Assembly: GCA_010093815.1 (NCBI GenBank)
Contig: ML996573.1
Length of the DNA: 64,000 bases
Strand: one strand, 5' to 3'
Source: Pseudovirgaria hyperparasitica
Taxonomy: Eukaryota
Shown: piece by piece, positions 12,458 through 25,265 of the stretch
Layout of the letters: each line of letters starts with the position of its first letter
Numbering within the stretch: position 1 is the first letter of the stretch
Position numbers and translations under genes: made by a program
The notes under the pieces: model-generated
The model's input: only the letters and a program-made list of their open reading frames with translations
Databases searched by the model: none
Told to the model about the DNA's origin: nothing

Positions 12458-13304
12458 ATGCATTTGTGAACATTGGCGCATCTGGTTCTTGCTCCCAATC
12501 GGTTTCCTTGCCCATATCATATACCTAATCCTTTGCACGTCATTCTCGACCCTCGAATGCTAGGTTCTAGCCAACATGGATGGAATCAGCATGCATATCC
12601 ACACCCCACATCCCACATCCCCAGCATCTACCACCATCTCCGTACAGGTAGCTGTACGCTAGCGCATAGCGCCTAGACTTTACGGACATGTGTCCACCAA
12701 CATGCGTCCACATGCTGTATGTAGTAGCCCGAATGAGAAGCATGAATTCACCTTTTCGTCTTGTTGTCTTGTGCGTGACCGTGTGGTATTGTTTGTGCAC
12801 GCTTGGTCTGTAGGTCTGCATGGACGGAGACTCGTTGGTTACTGCGCGGAAGCGGAAGGGTTTCTGACGCGGTCGCGGTTCATCTTCCGAGCCGAGGCTG
12901 CCGACTTGCACCCACCATCCATCTTGAGATCTCGGATTTGGGCTTTCCTTGGCTACGGCTATCAACCATGAAAGACTATCAAGGGCTATTAAATATATAT
13001 TGATCATTGGGGGTTTTAGCAAAGTAGAAGATGTAGATGATAAAAAAAGTAAGATAACAGTCAGCAAGTAAGTACCCCCTTATGAAGAAGAAAGAAAAGA
13101 TAGATAGATATACGGATAAAAAAGTAACGCTTAGATATAATCCAGCCCTAATCTTGAAAGCATTTCATGGTGGATGGACCTTCCCTCGCTCGCATCTGCT
13201 ACTGCTAACAATCCAATGAACCAAAGCCCCCAACCCAAACTCCCCTCTTTCCCTTCCACAACAAGAAACCACAAAACAAAACCAAAGCCTCAACACCCCC
13301 TAAA

Positions 13305-15316
13305 CTAAACCCTCCCCCTAACCCCCCACCCAACCTTCGCCCCCCTCGCCGCAACCAAAAACGCCCCCCCAACAACCCACCCCGCCAGCGCACACGCAAA
13401 CGCCCCCGTGAAATCCGATCCGTCGTCCGGTCGTTGTCCTCGTCGTCGAACAACAATAACACCGATCAGGCTGGCGCAGATGGGGCTGCCGAAGAGGATG
13501 CCGACGCCACAGGCTGCTAGGGCGACGGCGTGGCGTTTGGAGAGGGTTGTTTTGGGGTTGCCGAATGATTGGGAGTGCAGGTCGAAGCGGTCGAGGGTGG
13601 CGAGGAGGAGGGGGAGGAGGGGGGTGGTTAGGGCGTAGAGGGTTGCTAGGGTTGTTGCCGTGGGGGGGAGGGGGAGGGGGGTGTATTTCTGTTGGGTTTG
13701 TTGTTGTGGTGTTGATGATGGTGATAGGGGTGATGGTGTTGTTGTTGTAGGTAGGGCTGGTGGTGATAAACTGACGGCATCAAGCGCGATCCACACGGCG
13801 AGCACGACGGCGGAGAGAAAGGTGCTGGGGAGCAGCGTGTTCAGGGGCCCGGTGAGGTGGTGCGCTAGGAGGCCTGGGATGGCGCTTGCGAGGAGCGAGA
13901 CGGCGAGCATGAGGATGAGGATGAGGATTGCGTCGTCGGGGGCCTGGCGGAGGGAGAGGGTTGCGTAGGATACGATCTGGTTGGGGTGTGGGTTAGTTTG
14001 TTTGTTTGTTTGTTTGTTGTGTGTGTGGCGTGGCATATCGTATCGTATCATGACAGCCCTACCAGACCAGTCCAGAACGACAAGACAAGACAGGACACAC
14101 AGGAAGATAGGAAGAAACTCACAAAGTACACCGGCCCCAGCCACCCAGCAAACACAAACCCCAGCCCAACAACAAGCAGCAAAAACGGCCCGTCATTCCG
14201 CATCGCCTCGTTCCGCGCCCGACTCGGCGCAAGCCCCTTCTTCAACATCTTCCGCCGCCACCTGCTCATCCGCGTCTCCCACTCCTGTCGCCGCCTCTCC
14301 AGATCCCCATCCCCANNNNNNNNNNNNNNNNNNNNNNNNNNNNNNNNNNNNNNNNNNNNNNNNNNNNNNNNNNNNNNNNNNNNNNNNNNNNNNNNNNNNN
14401 NNNNNNNNNNNNNNNNNNNNNNNNNNNNNNNNNNNNNNNNNNNNNNNNNNNNNNNNNNNNNNNNNNCCCCCCTCGCAACAACCCCAAACACCAACGCCCC
14501 TCCCCACGCCCCACACGCCACCACAAACCCAACAACAAGCGGCCTCCCCGCAAACCCCCTCACCATCGCCAGCACAGCACAGTCCAACATCCCCGCCATC
14601 CCAACGCCCTGTGCCAGACCCCGCACGAGCAGGACACGCACGTAGGTATCGCAGAACGCGAGCGCGACTTGTGAGGCTACGAGGACGGCGGCGCCCGTGC
14701 GGAAGAGCGTGGCGCCGTGGCCGTGGTTGAAGGCGTGGGCTAGGGGGTAGGCGAGGAGGAAGGGGAGGGAGAGTTGGAGGGCGGGGATCCAGGAGAGGTG
14801 GAATTGGGTGCTTGTGGAGAGGAGGTGGAAGTCGTAGAGGTATTCTTCTGTTATGCTGGAGGAGAGGTTGAGGCCTAGGGTTGCGGCGGAGGTGAGGAGG
14901 GTGGTTAGGGCTTTGAGGGGAAGGGCGTGGCGGGTGAGGCGGGGTTTGGATTTGTGGGTGTGGTTGGGGGTGGTGGTGTCGTGGGTGAGGTTTATGTGTG
15001 TTGATCTGTGGATGGCGTTTGCTGGGGTGGTGAGGGTGGATAGTGGGAGGTCGGACTGGGGGTTTGCTTTCTTGGTCTTGAGTTTGAAGGCGTTCGGGAT
15101 GTACGACGAGAGCTTGCTGCCGGCGGGTGAGGCGCGGATGTTGGGCGAGGCGGTCGAGTTGCTGTTTCGCAGGGTCGAGTGCTCCCATGAATGTGTGGGT
15201 GAGGTTGTCGTCGTGGTTCGTTGGTCTTCGCTCGGTCGAGCGGTCGAGGCCATCGGGCTGGTTGGATCGCTCGTCTGCCTTCTGTCGTTGAAGCTGGATG
15301 GGTTATGAGAGGTCAT
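13305..15316 (-). CDS. MFS transporter, monocarboxylate (MCH-like) family, divergent
   Basis: Multiple hydrophobic helices (LSWIPALQLSLPFLL, GLAQGVGMAG, TGPLNTLLP). Exons 15316-14123 and 13976-13305 joined by a GTGAGT...CAG intron. Interrupted by an N gap. Confidence 0.75.
14316..14466. other. Assembly gap (151 N)
   Basis: Run of N inside the MFS gene, flanked by C-rich low-complexity sequence. Confidence 1.
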
Positions 15317-15350
15317 CTTGGGCCACTGGTGGCGTGGCGTTCTCCTGGAT

Positions 15351-15352
<2 letters not shown>

Positions 15353-15386
<34 letters not shown>
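15353..15386. repeat. (GA)n microsatellite upstream of the MFS gene
   Basis: Read directly. Confidence 0.95.
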
Positions 15387-15388
<2 letters not shown>

Positions 15389-15756
15389 AGGATCTGTAGA
15401 GTGTAGAGAAGTCTCTTACTACTGCCGGGTTCACTGTCAGGACGTGCGTCAAGGGTGACGATGAATAGGCTGGACTGTCAGGCAAGGGGGTCGTCGGTCA
15501 ACAGCACCCATTCACCCAGCCGAAGGTCGTGTCACACTGTCGAAACACAGCCGAGCTGTCACATCAGCACTATCCCCAAGTGATTTGAAAACACGACAAG
15601 TTCATTGAAAGATAAAGCAGCTTCTCAAGCTCGATTGAAACGAGAAGAACGTGATAGCTGTCACGCAGTCCTACCCCTGCCCACAACACCCGTCTCACAC
15701 TATCGACTCCCACGCCGACCGGAACGCCAAACATATGGAAAGTACCTGTTCGCTTA

Positions 15757-16589
15757 TCAAAAGATGCCATTGACAATCTTGGACCCAATAGTCGCTCCGG
15801 CACCTGTATATCTGTCAGCCTGACCTCGCACTTGTGCGCACCGGGCGTCGAACCAAAGACTGCTGCGTTGCCGAGCTTTTTGCCAAACTTCTTGCCCATC
15901 TCAGCTCCCTTGCCTGGCTGCTCGCTGGGTCCCGCGTGGGCGACGTCCTGAGGCATGTTACCATAGTTGCTCGGCTGGTGCGTTGGAACAGAGGGCATCA
16001 TGGGGCCCTTCTCCTCGATGATCTTGACGTAGCTCCGTGGGAAGATGCCCTCCTGGCCAGTCTTCTCGTTCCGTCCCTTCCACCACTCTGCATTCATGTA
16101 TTCCGTGATCACGACCCGGTCGTTTGGCATTAGCTGCAGATCACCGGCGTCTTGGGCGTTGTACTGGTACAGCGCAGAGCAGGTGGCGAGGCCTGATGCC
16201 GGAGCGGCGGGCGCGCTCGGGTACGCCGGTGGAGGCACATTCGGCGTCGCGGCCGGCTGGTAGTATCCATTCTTCTCGTTGTTGTTGCTGTTGTTGTTGT
16301 TGTTGTTCATGCTGAGCTGGGCCATGGCCGGGATAGGGGTGCTCTGCACGGGCGTGGGAGCCTCGTGAACGCGATGTTGCACGGGCGCAGCATTCTCCGC
16401 CGGGAGGTTTCCGATGATGGACGAGTACTGCTGCGCCGTGAGAACGTTTGCGTCTTTCAGGAATTCGAGTTCCTGTCGTGTGCTTTAGTGGTTGAGGCCA
16501 TATGAGACTTTTCCGCCTGGCAGCCTTACCGTCTTGACAGAGCGGAGCGAGCGATTGACGACCGCGGTCTGAAGGTCTTCGTAGCCCAT
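15757..16589 (-). CDS. LSB1: SH3-domain protein, Lsb1/Pin3 family
   Basis: MGYEDLQTAVVNRSLRSVKT|ELEFL; SH3 ALYQY...DLQL...EWWKG...GIFPRSYV; PPPAY motif; C-terminal KKFGKKLGNAAVFG|AGATIGSKIVNGIF. Two introns. Confidence 0.88.
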
Positions 16590-17377
16590 GATTGATAACA
16601 GCACGGCAAGGACACGGTATGGATCGAAACAAGAGGTGAATTGGAAGATGTATAACGAGAGTGAGTTCAGGGGAGGAAGATGTTGTTGAAAGGCGACTTG
16701 GATCACCGCGCGTTCAGGTTCAGAGTCCTGACTACTCCTACGCCCCACGTTGTGTCTCAGCCGCTTTGCACAGCCCCAAAACCTCCCGACGCATCTGCAT
16801 CTTTAGTACCTGATACTCGCCCGACATGTCACTGCATCAGACAGTTAGTAGTCTAGATTCATGGAGGCGTAACAAGGCGTGCGCCTGCATGATAATCGTC
16901 TTGCACTTTGCATGTAGGAAACATGTTGTTGTTGCCTATATCGGAGAGTACAACATGCTAGTAGAGTCGACCACAACCACTCAATCACTTTTGCAATGCC
17001 TGCGTGAATAAATGAGCATGGATGCGTATGTCTCATATCTGGCTCGTGTCGAAATGCATTGGATCTCCAGATAGCAAAATATGTCTCTGTCGACGCCTTG
17101 TATTTAAAGATGGGCTGGAAGCTGACCTTTATATGGACCTCCAAGTAGTATAGGGCTCTTGTCATTTCATCATATAGTCAGTGATTCTTGTCGATGTTGT
17201 CCCAATATTATTGTCTATCGCGGACCCTGGCCAGCCTATGATAACCACGCTCAACCGAGGAACGGCCATAGCTCCGTCCGGCTATTGGCGTTGGAGTTGT
17301 CTTCAGGGATGATTTATACTTATTGCTCCTAGCATCAATCATATCAATCAATCACTGTCCCATCCATTCCATTTGTG

Positions 17378-19215
17378 ATGTCATCTATAAACGGGGTTTC
17401 GAGCAAGCCCTACGTCCTAGATCTTCAATATCGAGGCTTCATCGAAGGCGTCACCTTGACATCGGACATAGACAGCACCGAGCTCTGCCACTTTTTCGGA
17501 GGCATACCGGACAGTCATTCTACCCAGTAAATCAGTGCACATGGTCCTAACCGCCAAATAGGTACGGGCTGCCGCCAATTGGGCCTTTTCGATGGCGGAG
17601 ACCGAGACCGCTCCCGCCATGCTATCGTTATGGAACACGAGCAAACCCAGGCAAGTTCACCGGGGGCACGGCTACATGTCCTCAGCCAAGAGCTGCCAAA
17701 TCCGAACTTGCGCTGGAAGTGCGAGATGAGGATTGCCTGCAACTCAATGTCTGGCTACCTGTCGGAGAGCCACCTGAAGGGGGTGAGTGGCACATATAAT
17801 TCCACTGATCCATCTCTGACGCTTGCAGGCTGGCCAGTAATCTTCTACATTCGTACGAACTCATCATTCAAGCCTAAGGAGAACTTCTTGCCACTAACTT
17901 GTTGCTCAGATGGAGGGTTCTTGCAATTTGGTGATCCTAATGATCTCGACGTAAGCAAGCTCTTGAGCGAAACTGATTGTCGGTGTATATTCGTCATGCC
18001 AGCATATCGTCTGAATGTTTTTGGCTTCCTCGCGTCCCGTGAGCTTCTACGAGAATCTGGAGCGGGCTGTGAAGTAGGTAATCTCGGATTCTGGGATCAG
18101 CGGCTCGCTCTCGAGTGGGCGTGGAAGAACATCGACTATTTTGGTGGCAACCCCAAAAATATAGCCGTGGCTGGATACTCTGCTGGTATGCTGTCACGCC
18201 GGAGTGAGTCACCATTCATTTTCACTTACGCTCTCCAGGCTCGTATTCGACATTCATGCAACTGCAGTACGATCTGTTCCTGCCAGACCAGAAGAGTATC
18301 ATCCGGAGAGCAATCATGTGGAGTAACGGTCCAGGCGTGCAACCCAAGTCCTTACTAGAAGCACAAGAACAGTTCGATGAGCTGCTACAGGTGCTAGGGA
18401 TATCCCTTGACATCACAGAGCCCGAAAAGTTGTCGAAGCTTCGCCAGATCCCATCCAGCCAACTCGTCGAAGCAACGTTCGCCATGAAGATTCATCAGTT
18501 TCGCGCAGTGACCGATGGCGAGTTCGTACGTCCGTCACTCTTCGAAGACATAGACAGAGGGGAGTTCGCCACGCGAATGAGGAAACGCGGCGTCCAGCTA
18601 ATGATGGGCGAATGCAAGGATGAGCATTTTGTTTATGGCGAATGGAGGCCCCCAGAAGATAGCTTCCAGGGCCTGTACGACAGACTCCAGGCCGATTACC
18701 CACGCGCGGCTTGTGATGCTTTGGTGAAGCATTTCTACCCGAATGGCCAGCTGCCTTCGCGATCCAGAGACTGGTGCGAGGAGTTTGGCAGGATTTACGC
18801 AGACATTCAGATACATGCCATGGAACGTGGCCTTGCCAATGCACTTGACCGTTTCGGTGCTGGCGACCTCGTGTATCGCTACCGGGTCGAATGGCGGGCC
18901 AAGTGTGTAGCTCTGCCGCCAGAGTGGGGTGTCACTCACACATCCGATCTCGCCATATGGTTCTGGGGTGACAAAGCACAGTTGGAAGATGAGGAGAAGA
19001 CGATTGCATACGAATCTTTTGTCCATCCATTGTCTCAATTTATCACGGGCCGAGTTGTCTCATGGGGCACGCAGAACGTGTGCCAATCAAGAACACTGAA
19101 AGCCGACGGCTCTGTAGAGATTCTGGATGATGCCGACTGGGAGCGCAGTCTAGCGATTTGGCGGTGTTTGCAAGCAGCCGGTGCAGCATTTGCGCCAATC
19201 AAAGGTAGACTCTAA
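17378..19215 (+). CDS. Type-B carboxylesterase (alpha/beta hydrolase)
   Basis: FGGIP|YGLPPIGPFRW, EDCLQLNVW, HGG oxyanion motif, YRLNVFGFL, NLGFWDQRLALEW, GYSAG nucleophile, GVTHTSDL. Four introns, the first apparently with a non-canonical donor. Confidence 0.92.
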
Positions 19216-19818
19216 TTGATATCAAGTCAAGCTGCTTTGGTCGAGGTGTTTACATTGGAACAGAGTTCTGCCGACAGAAGACGCCACCTCTCGCAGATGC
19301 AGCTGTGTATCCACGGTGTCACCGCGATGAAGCCGGGAACAAGTCGCGCAACGATAACGCAACAGTAGGATTCGTACGGCACAGTAAATGTCTCCTTGCG
19401 AGCATACTCGGCCTATCGATGATGCTCAGTCTGGCGAGTCTTTGCATATCGCCGTCCGAAAACGACGTCCGGCTACCTTAGTTCCACTTCCACGCCCCGC
19501 TACCCGTACCGCCCCCCCGCAGAAAGTGACGAAACTGGAGCAGTGGATGCAAACACTGACTCAAACACTCCCTGGGAACCCCCCCCCCTCGACATTCAGC
19601 CCAGATCGCGCCAGCTTTCTGGCTATCCCATTTGAAGACATCGAAGGCACTGTTCACTGGACCAACTCACTTCACTTTACTATGTTTAGGTCAGCTCAGA
19701 AGCAAATAAGGCTCGTCCACGTAGGAGCATGGAGCTTTAAAGAATACTTCCTCGCCCTTCCTGTCGAGCCGTCTATAGGTCCATTGATGGACTGTTCCTA
19801 CGGTTCTGCGATTTTATC

Positions 19819-21619
19819 ATGGTCCAAGCTGAGAGTCTATCATTACCGCTAGTAGCCTTTGCTGCTGGCATTGCCCTCCATGTCTTTGCATTCCGCTTTG
19901 GAGAATGGGACAGATCATACCACAAAGCGGCTGCGGCTTATGCTCTGCTGGCTGTGGTGGGCGCTGCCTATACTCATTTCGTGTTGACAAAGGGCAACAT
20001 TGGTCTCGTCGGAGCTTTTCGCACAATCACATACCTTGAGTTGGTGTCGATACTTGGTATTTTCACAAGCATGAGCATCTACCGAACGCTCTTCCACAGA
20101 TTGAACAGGTTCCCTGGACCGTTCGGCGCCAGAGTCTCGAATTGGTATATTACCAGCTTGGCGGTCAAGAATTTCCAGATTTATCGGGAGATTGAGCAAT
20201 TTCACCAAAAGTACGGAGACTTTGTGCGGATTGGTGGGCTATCTTCAATGTTTAACGCGTGTGCGGAACACATTCTAATTCGTCTCCAGGTCCCACTGAG
20301 ATCTCGGTCAACAACGTCGATGCTGTGCAGAAATTACATTCTGCCACCACGAAATGCACCAAGGGCCCATGGTATGACTTGAGCGCATGGATCTCTCTTC
20401 ACACCACTCGCAACAAGGCCGAGCATGCTCGAAGACGAAAAGCGTGGGATCGTGGCTTCAATGCTCGAGGTTTGTAAAGCCAGGTTGGGCGTCAGATGTT
20501 CCACCAGACTGATGATATGCAGCTCTTCGTCATTATGAACCTCGAGTCGTCAAATACACGAACCAGCTTCTGAGCCAGATCGAGAAGCATGCTGGCAAGC
20601 CAATGAACATGTCCGACTGGTTCAACTTTTATTCATTCGATATTATGGGGGATCTTGCGTTTGGGGCTCAATTTGACATGTTGAAGGACGGCGTCAAGCA
20701 CTACTTCATGGTTGCACTTCACGGCTTCGTAAAGGCTGTTGGCATCCTCAGCTACGCTATCTGGATTATCCCGGTGTTTCGACTGATGCCTGTACTCAAT
20801 GCTGAAGACCAAAAGTTCTGGAAGTGGGTGGGTCAGCAGATCGACAAGCGTCGGCAGACTCGACTAGAACGACCAGACGTCTTTTCATGGATTCTCGAGG
20901 ACCATCAGTCGAAGAAGAAGCCTACCAGACAAGACGAGCTCAATCTCATCGGAGATGGTGCGCTCATTGCTGTCGCTGGAAGCGATACCACTGCGGCTGC
21001 GCTCACCATGTTGTTCTACGAATTATCACAGCACCCGGAGATTGTTGAGAAGCTGCAAAAGGAGGTGGACCAGGCGTTTGAGAAGGGCGAAATCGACTAC
21101 AACGGTCTCTCCAAGTACAAGTATCTCCAGGCTTGTATCGACGAGTCACTGCGATTACACCCACCGGTCCCATCAGGTCTACAGCGTGTTACACCACCCC
21201 AAGGGCTTGAGATCGCCGGGACGTATATCCCTGGAAACTCGTTTGTCAAGATTCCCATCCACACGCTTCAAAGAGGTAAGAACGTCTCCGGGCAACACGC
21301 GAGAGTCTCAAAGCTGATATGAAGTTTAGATGAACGCAACTTTGGCATGCCCCTCGAGTTCATCCCTGAGCGCTGGACTGATCACCCAGAGCTCGTGAAG
21401 AATGCAGACGCCTTCATGCCCTTCTCGATTGGCCCCTACGGCTGCGTCGGAAAGCAATTGGCGCTCATGGAAGTTCGTAGCGTGACTGCACACATCTTAC
21501 ACGAGTACAACGTGAGGACAGCTCCAGGGTTTACACAGGAAAACTTCTTGAAAGAGAAAAAGGATTGCTTCGCACTCGAGCTTGGACCTTTGGAGTTGAT
21601 TTTCGAACCAAGAACGTAG
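19819..21619 (+). CDS. Cytochrome P450 monooxygenase
   Basis: N-terminal TM helices and FPGP; I-helix AGSDTT, ESLR, PERW, heme motif FSIGPYGCVG. Three introns (~20234-20289, ~20470-20522, ~21276-21329). Confidence 0.96.
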
Positions 21620-21974
21620 GGTTCGGGACAGTAAATTCTTGGAAGCATGCATGGCAGACTTTGTGTGTCTCTTTAGTAGACACGGAAATAATATTAATGT
21701 TGTCCATGAACGTCTCCAACTATTTAACAATTGTCAAGTGTTGTGGTGCGACAAGGCTAATTGCCCTATCATAGGAGCCTGAGCCTGACGTGGCGAGAAA
21801 AAGCAAGCCGTCGGCACCCGCGACCCGCATTATTTTCCCCTGAAGATCAGCCCTACGCTCTCCGGCGGACAAACAAGCTCTTACGCCATCGACGTCTCGC
21901 TGGAAAGTCTATTCAGCATCAGCCTCCTCCCCACAATGCCCTGTCAAGACCCAGATTGATCAGGACCGTGGACC

Positions 21975-23338
21975 ATGCCAGTACGAGGGCGCCGATACAG
22001 CGATGATCCACTCCCATACTTTCCTCCTCCGGCATACACGCCTCGCAAGCGTGGCAGACCCTCGAACAACCCCATTGCCATCTTCCGGCGCAATCGGACA
22101 CTCATACTCGTAGGATGCTTCGTCCTGCTTGTACTATGGCGCCTCACGAGAGCACGTAACGCGTCGCCGCCGCCGCCGAAACTGACTGGGGCGGCGGCGA
22201 TGGCAAAGGCAGACTGGAGCAAGTATGCGTATAGTTTGTATGCGACTGATACGGCTACGCTATGCCATGCTGTCATGGTGTTTGAAGCGCTGCAGAGGCT
22301 GGGCAGCAAGGCGGAGAGAGTTCTGTTCTATCCGAGGCATTGGGATACGTTGGTGTCGAGTGCGACTGATCGGGATAGCCAGCTGCTGGTGATGGCGAGG
22401 CGGGACTACAAGGTCGTGCTGATGCCGACGAAGATCATGAATGTATTTGGGTACAGGACGCCTGGTGAGTGTACGCTCCTTCTCGACACGCACACACGAA
22501 CACGCACTTGACGGAGGAGGAGTAGTTGCTAATCTGACCACCACTACCACCAGACAAGCCGAAGAAGACATGGGATGAATCCGTGTCGAAGCTGTTTGCA
22601 TTCACGCTCACCCACTTTGACCGCGTCATCCACCTTGACTCCGATCTCACCTTACTCCAGAATATTGACGAGCTGTTCTTCCTACCCCAAGCCACAGTCG
22701 CCATGCCGCCCGCCTACTGGCAAGCCGAAACTCCTCACCCCCTCACAAGCCTCCTAATGGTCGTCGAGCCAAGCATGCGAGAGTTCAACGCACTCAAGGC
22801 GCAGATTGACGCTGGTGCAGAGCAAGAGACGGTCGAGGCGCGCAAATACGACATGGAGCTCCTCAACGAGCGCTACGGACAAACAGCGCTCACAATACCG
22901 CAGCGGCCGTACGCGTTGCTAACGGGCGAGTTCCGCAACCACAATCACACGGCATACCTGGGTAGCGAGGAGATGGAGTGGGACGCAGAAAGCATTATCA
23001 AAGAGGCGAAACTGGTGCATTTCAGCGACTGGCCCATGCCGAAGCCGTGGGTGCTATGGTCGGCCGAAGGACTGGCAGAGATGCAGCCTGACTGTGGAGG
23101 AAGCCACGAGGGCTCATGTGCAGAGAGGAGGATCTGGAAGCAATTGTACGACGGGTTTAGGGAAAAGAGAAAGGACGTCTGTAAACTGTTGAGTCTGCCG
23201 GCGCCAGACTGGTTTGAGTTGACGGGCAAGATCAAGGAGGGTGAGATGCATAGTGATCCAGGGCAGCAGGGCAAGATCAAAGGGGAGGCAGAAAGCATTG
23301 GGCATATTGATACCGTGACGAGGGGACATACGAGTTGA
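21975..23338 (+). CDS. GT8 glycosyltransferase, Gnt1-like N-acetylglucosaminyltransferase (type II membrane protein)
   Basis: Signal anchor LILVGCFVLLVLW; YAYSLYAT; WDESVSKLFAF; DxD motif LDSD; YDMELLN; HFSDWPMPKPW. One intron ~22465-22553. Confidence 0.88.
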
Positions 23339-24455
23339 CGAGGCACTTTCTGCAGGTTGTTGTATAGTGTAGAGTGAGTGTATAGTGCATGCATGCAGAC
23401 TCTCGCTGGTAATTAATGAGCCCGTGAGACCACCGTCACTACCATCCTGTCTAGTCCGTCGAGCAAGGCAGTCGATCGGCGATGCAGCCAGAAAATGAAT
23501 GATGACATTGGTTTCATTATTATAATTATAATCATCATGAGAACCGACCAATTGCTTGGTATTATGGCACAAGCTCCAGCGCCATGTAGAGTCGGGAGCA
23601 GCAAGCCGCCAGCCGCCATCAGCCATCAGCCATCAGCCAGCACCACCCAGAACAGCGGATTCGCTAGCTGATTCCTTGGGGAGAGACTGGCCAGCCCCAG
23701 CCCCAGTCCCGGCTTCCCCCTCCCCCCTCGTGGCCGCCACCCGATGCGCTGGGACGCCGTTCTGGATCTTGTCTTGCGCGTGGCCGCCTCGTTCGCCGGC
23801 CTTCTTGTCATTTCATCCGTCTGCATCTTAGTGAGGACATCACAATTTGTCGCTGTTGCTGAAGAAGGAAGAAGAAGAAGAGCACACATACACACAGCGC
23901 TGTCTGAAGAGGAGACTTTTGCGCGCGTGTGTGTGTGTGTTCTTGTGGCGGTCCACCAGGTGTACTGTAGGTAGGGATGGATTGGACAGGGCAAGGATGG
24001 ATGGATGGATGGCGGCGATGGCCAGCACCAGCACCAGCACCATCACAGAAACGCCACAACGATAGGCGAAAACTTGGAAGAATGGCTAGAGGCATGTCTA
24101 GAAGGCGTCGTCTGGTCGTAGAATAAGACTGACACGCAGACTAACTGCCTAGCTATCACCTACCAGCTACCTAGTTCGTGCACTCGTTCGTCATGCTCTT
24201 TTGGGCAGAGGAGAGAGAGAGGAGAGGCATAGAAAGACAGATCCTGCTGCTCATCGTAATAACAATCATAACTAACAGTATATACATTCTCACCGGATAT
24301 CTAACAAGGGATTAGACACTATCAAGTTGAGCCTAATTAATCAGTAGTCCGTTCACTCTCCCTCCCTTACTACCGTTGCCGTTGCGGTTGCGGTATGATG
24401 ACTGGTCCAACTGTGCGAAAAACGTTAAATTGTGCATCCATACACTTCGTCCCAC

Positions 24456-24532
24456 CACTCACTCACTTACTTACTCCCTCACTCACTCACTCACTCACTC
24501 ACTCACTCACTCACTCACTCACTCACTCACTC
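24456..24532. repeat. (ACTC)n microsatellite upstream of RSR1
   Basis: Read directly. Confidence 0.95.
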
Positions 24533-25265
24533 GGCCTCTATCACTATTACTTCTTCCTAACTATTCTTCGCCTTTTCTTTTCCTTTTCCTTTGCCACTAT
24601 TACCACTGCCACTGCCACTGCCCAGAGCAAGCCTGTTATGTAGCAGCACAGCTCAGCTCCCTCATCTTTCTTGCCCCCCGTTGAGTCGCCGCCCATCACA
24701 GCTATTATATCCAATTATTGTCTCGCGTAAGAAAACACCCAGCTAAGTGTGTGCCCTACCTTGTTTCTCAGCCTTCGTTTTTTTTTATACTTTGCATACC
24801 TAGACGCCGTCCCACGCGCTTCATGTTCGCGTCATACCTCGCAAATGCTTTCGTTGGCTGTCCCTTTTTCTTGCTGTTGCTGTTGCTTGTACACACGGCT
24901 GACTTCTGCAGTTCCGGTTGGCGGCCCTCTGTATCCACTCTGCGCACTGCCTTTTACCTTGGAAACTGCCGTCTTGAGGCCTCTATTACACTCACACTCA
25001 CACGCACAGTCGCACTCACGCACACACACACACAGCTTCGACTTCGTCGCTTTCATACTCTAGGCCTTCTTGACCTCGTATTCATATTCTTCGCCTTCTT
25101 CTTTTACTCCTCCTCCTCATCCTCCTCCATCGACCCCTCTCACCACCCTGCAAGCTGCTCCACCCGCCTCGTTCCATCCTTGACTCGCCCATCTTCCTAC
25201 ATTCTCAACACACTATGCGACAGGACGCGTGGGCATCTCAGTCTGCGCAGATCAAGACCTAAGGC

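Noticed and set aside
19388..19852. 154-aa ORF between the esterase and P450
   Set aside because: Overlaps the P450 promoter and start out of frame; no motif.
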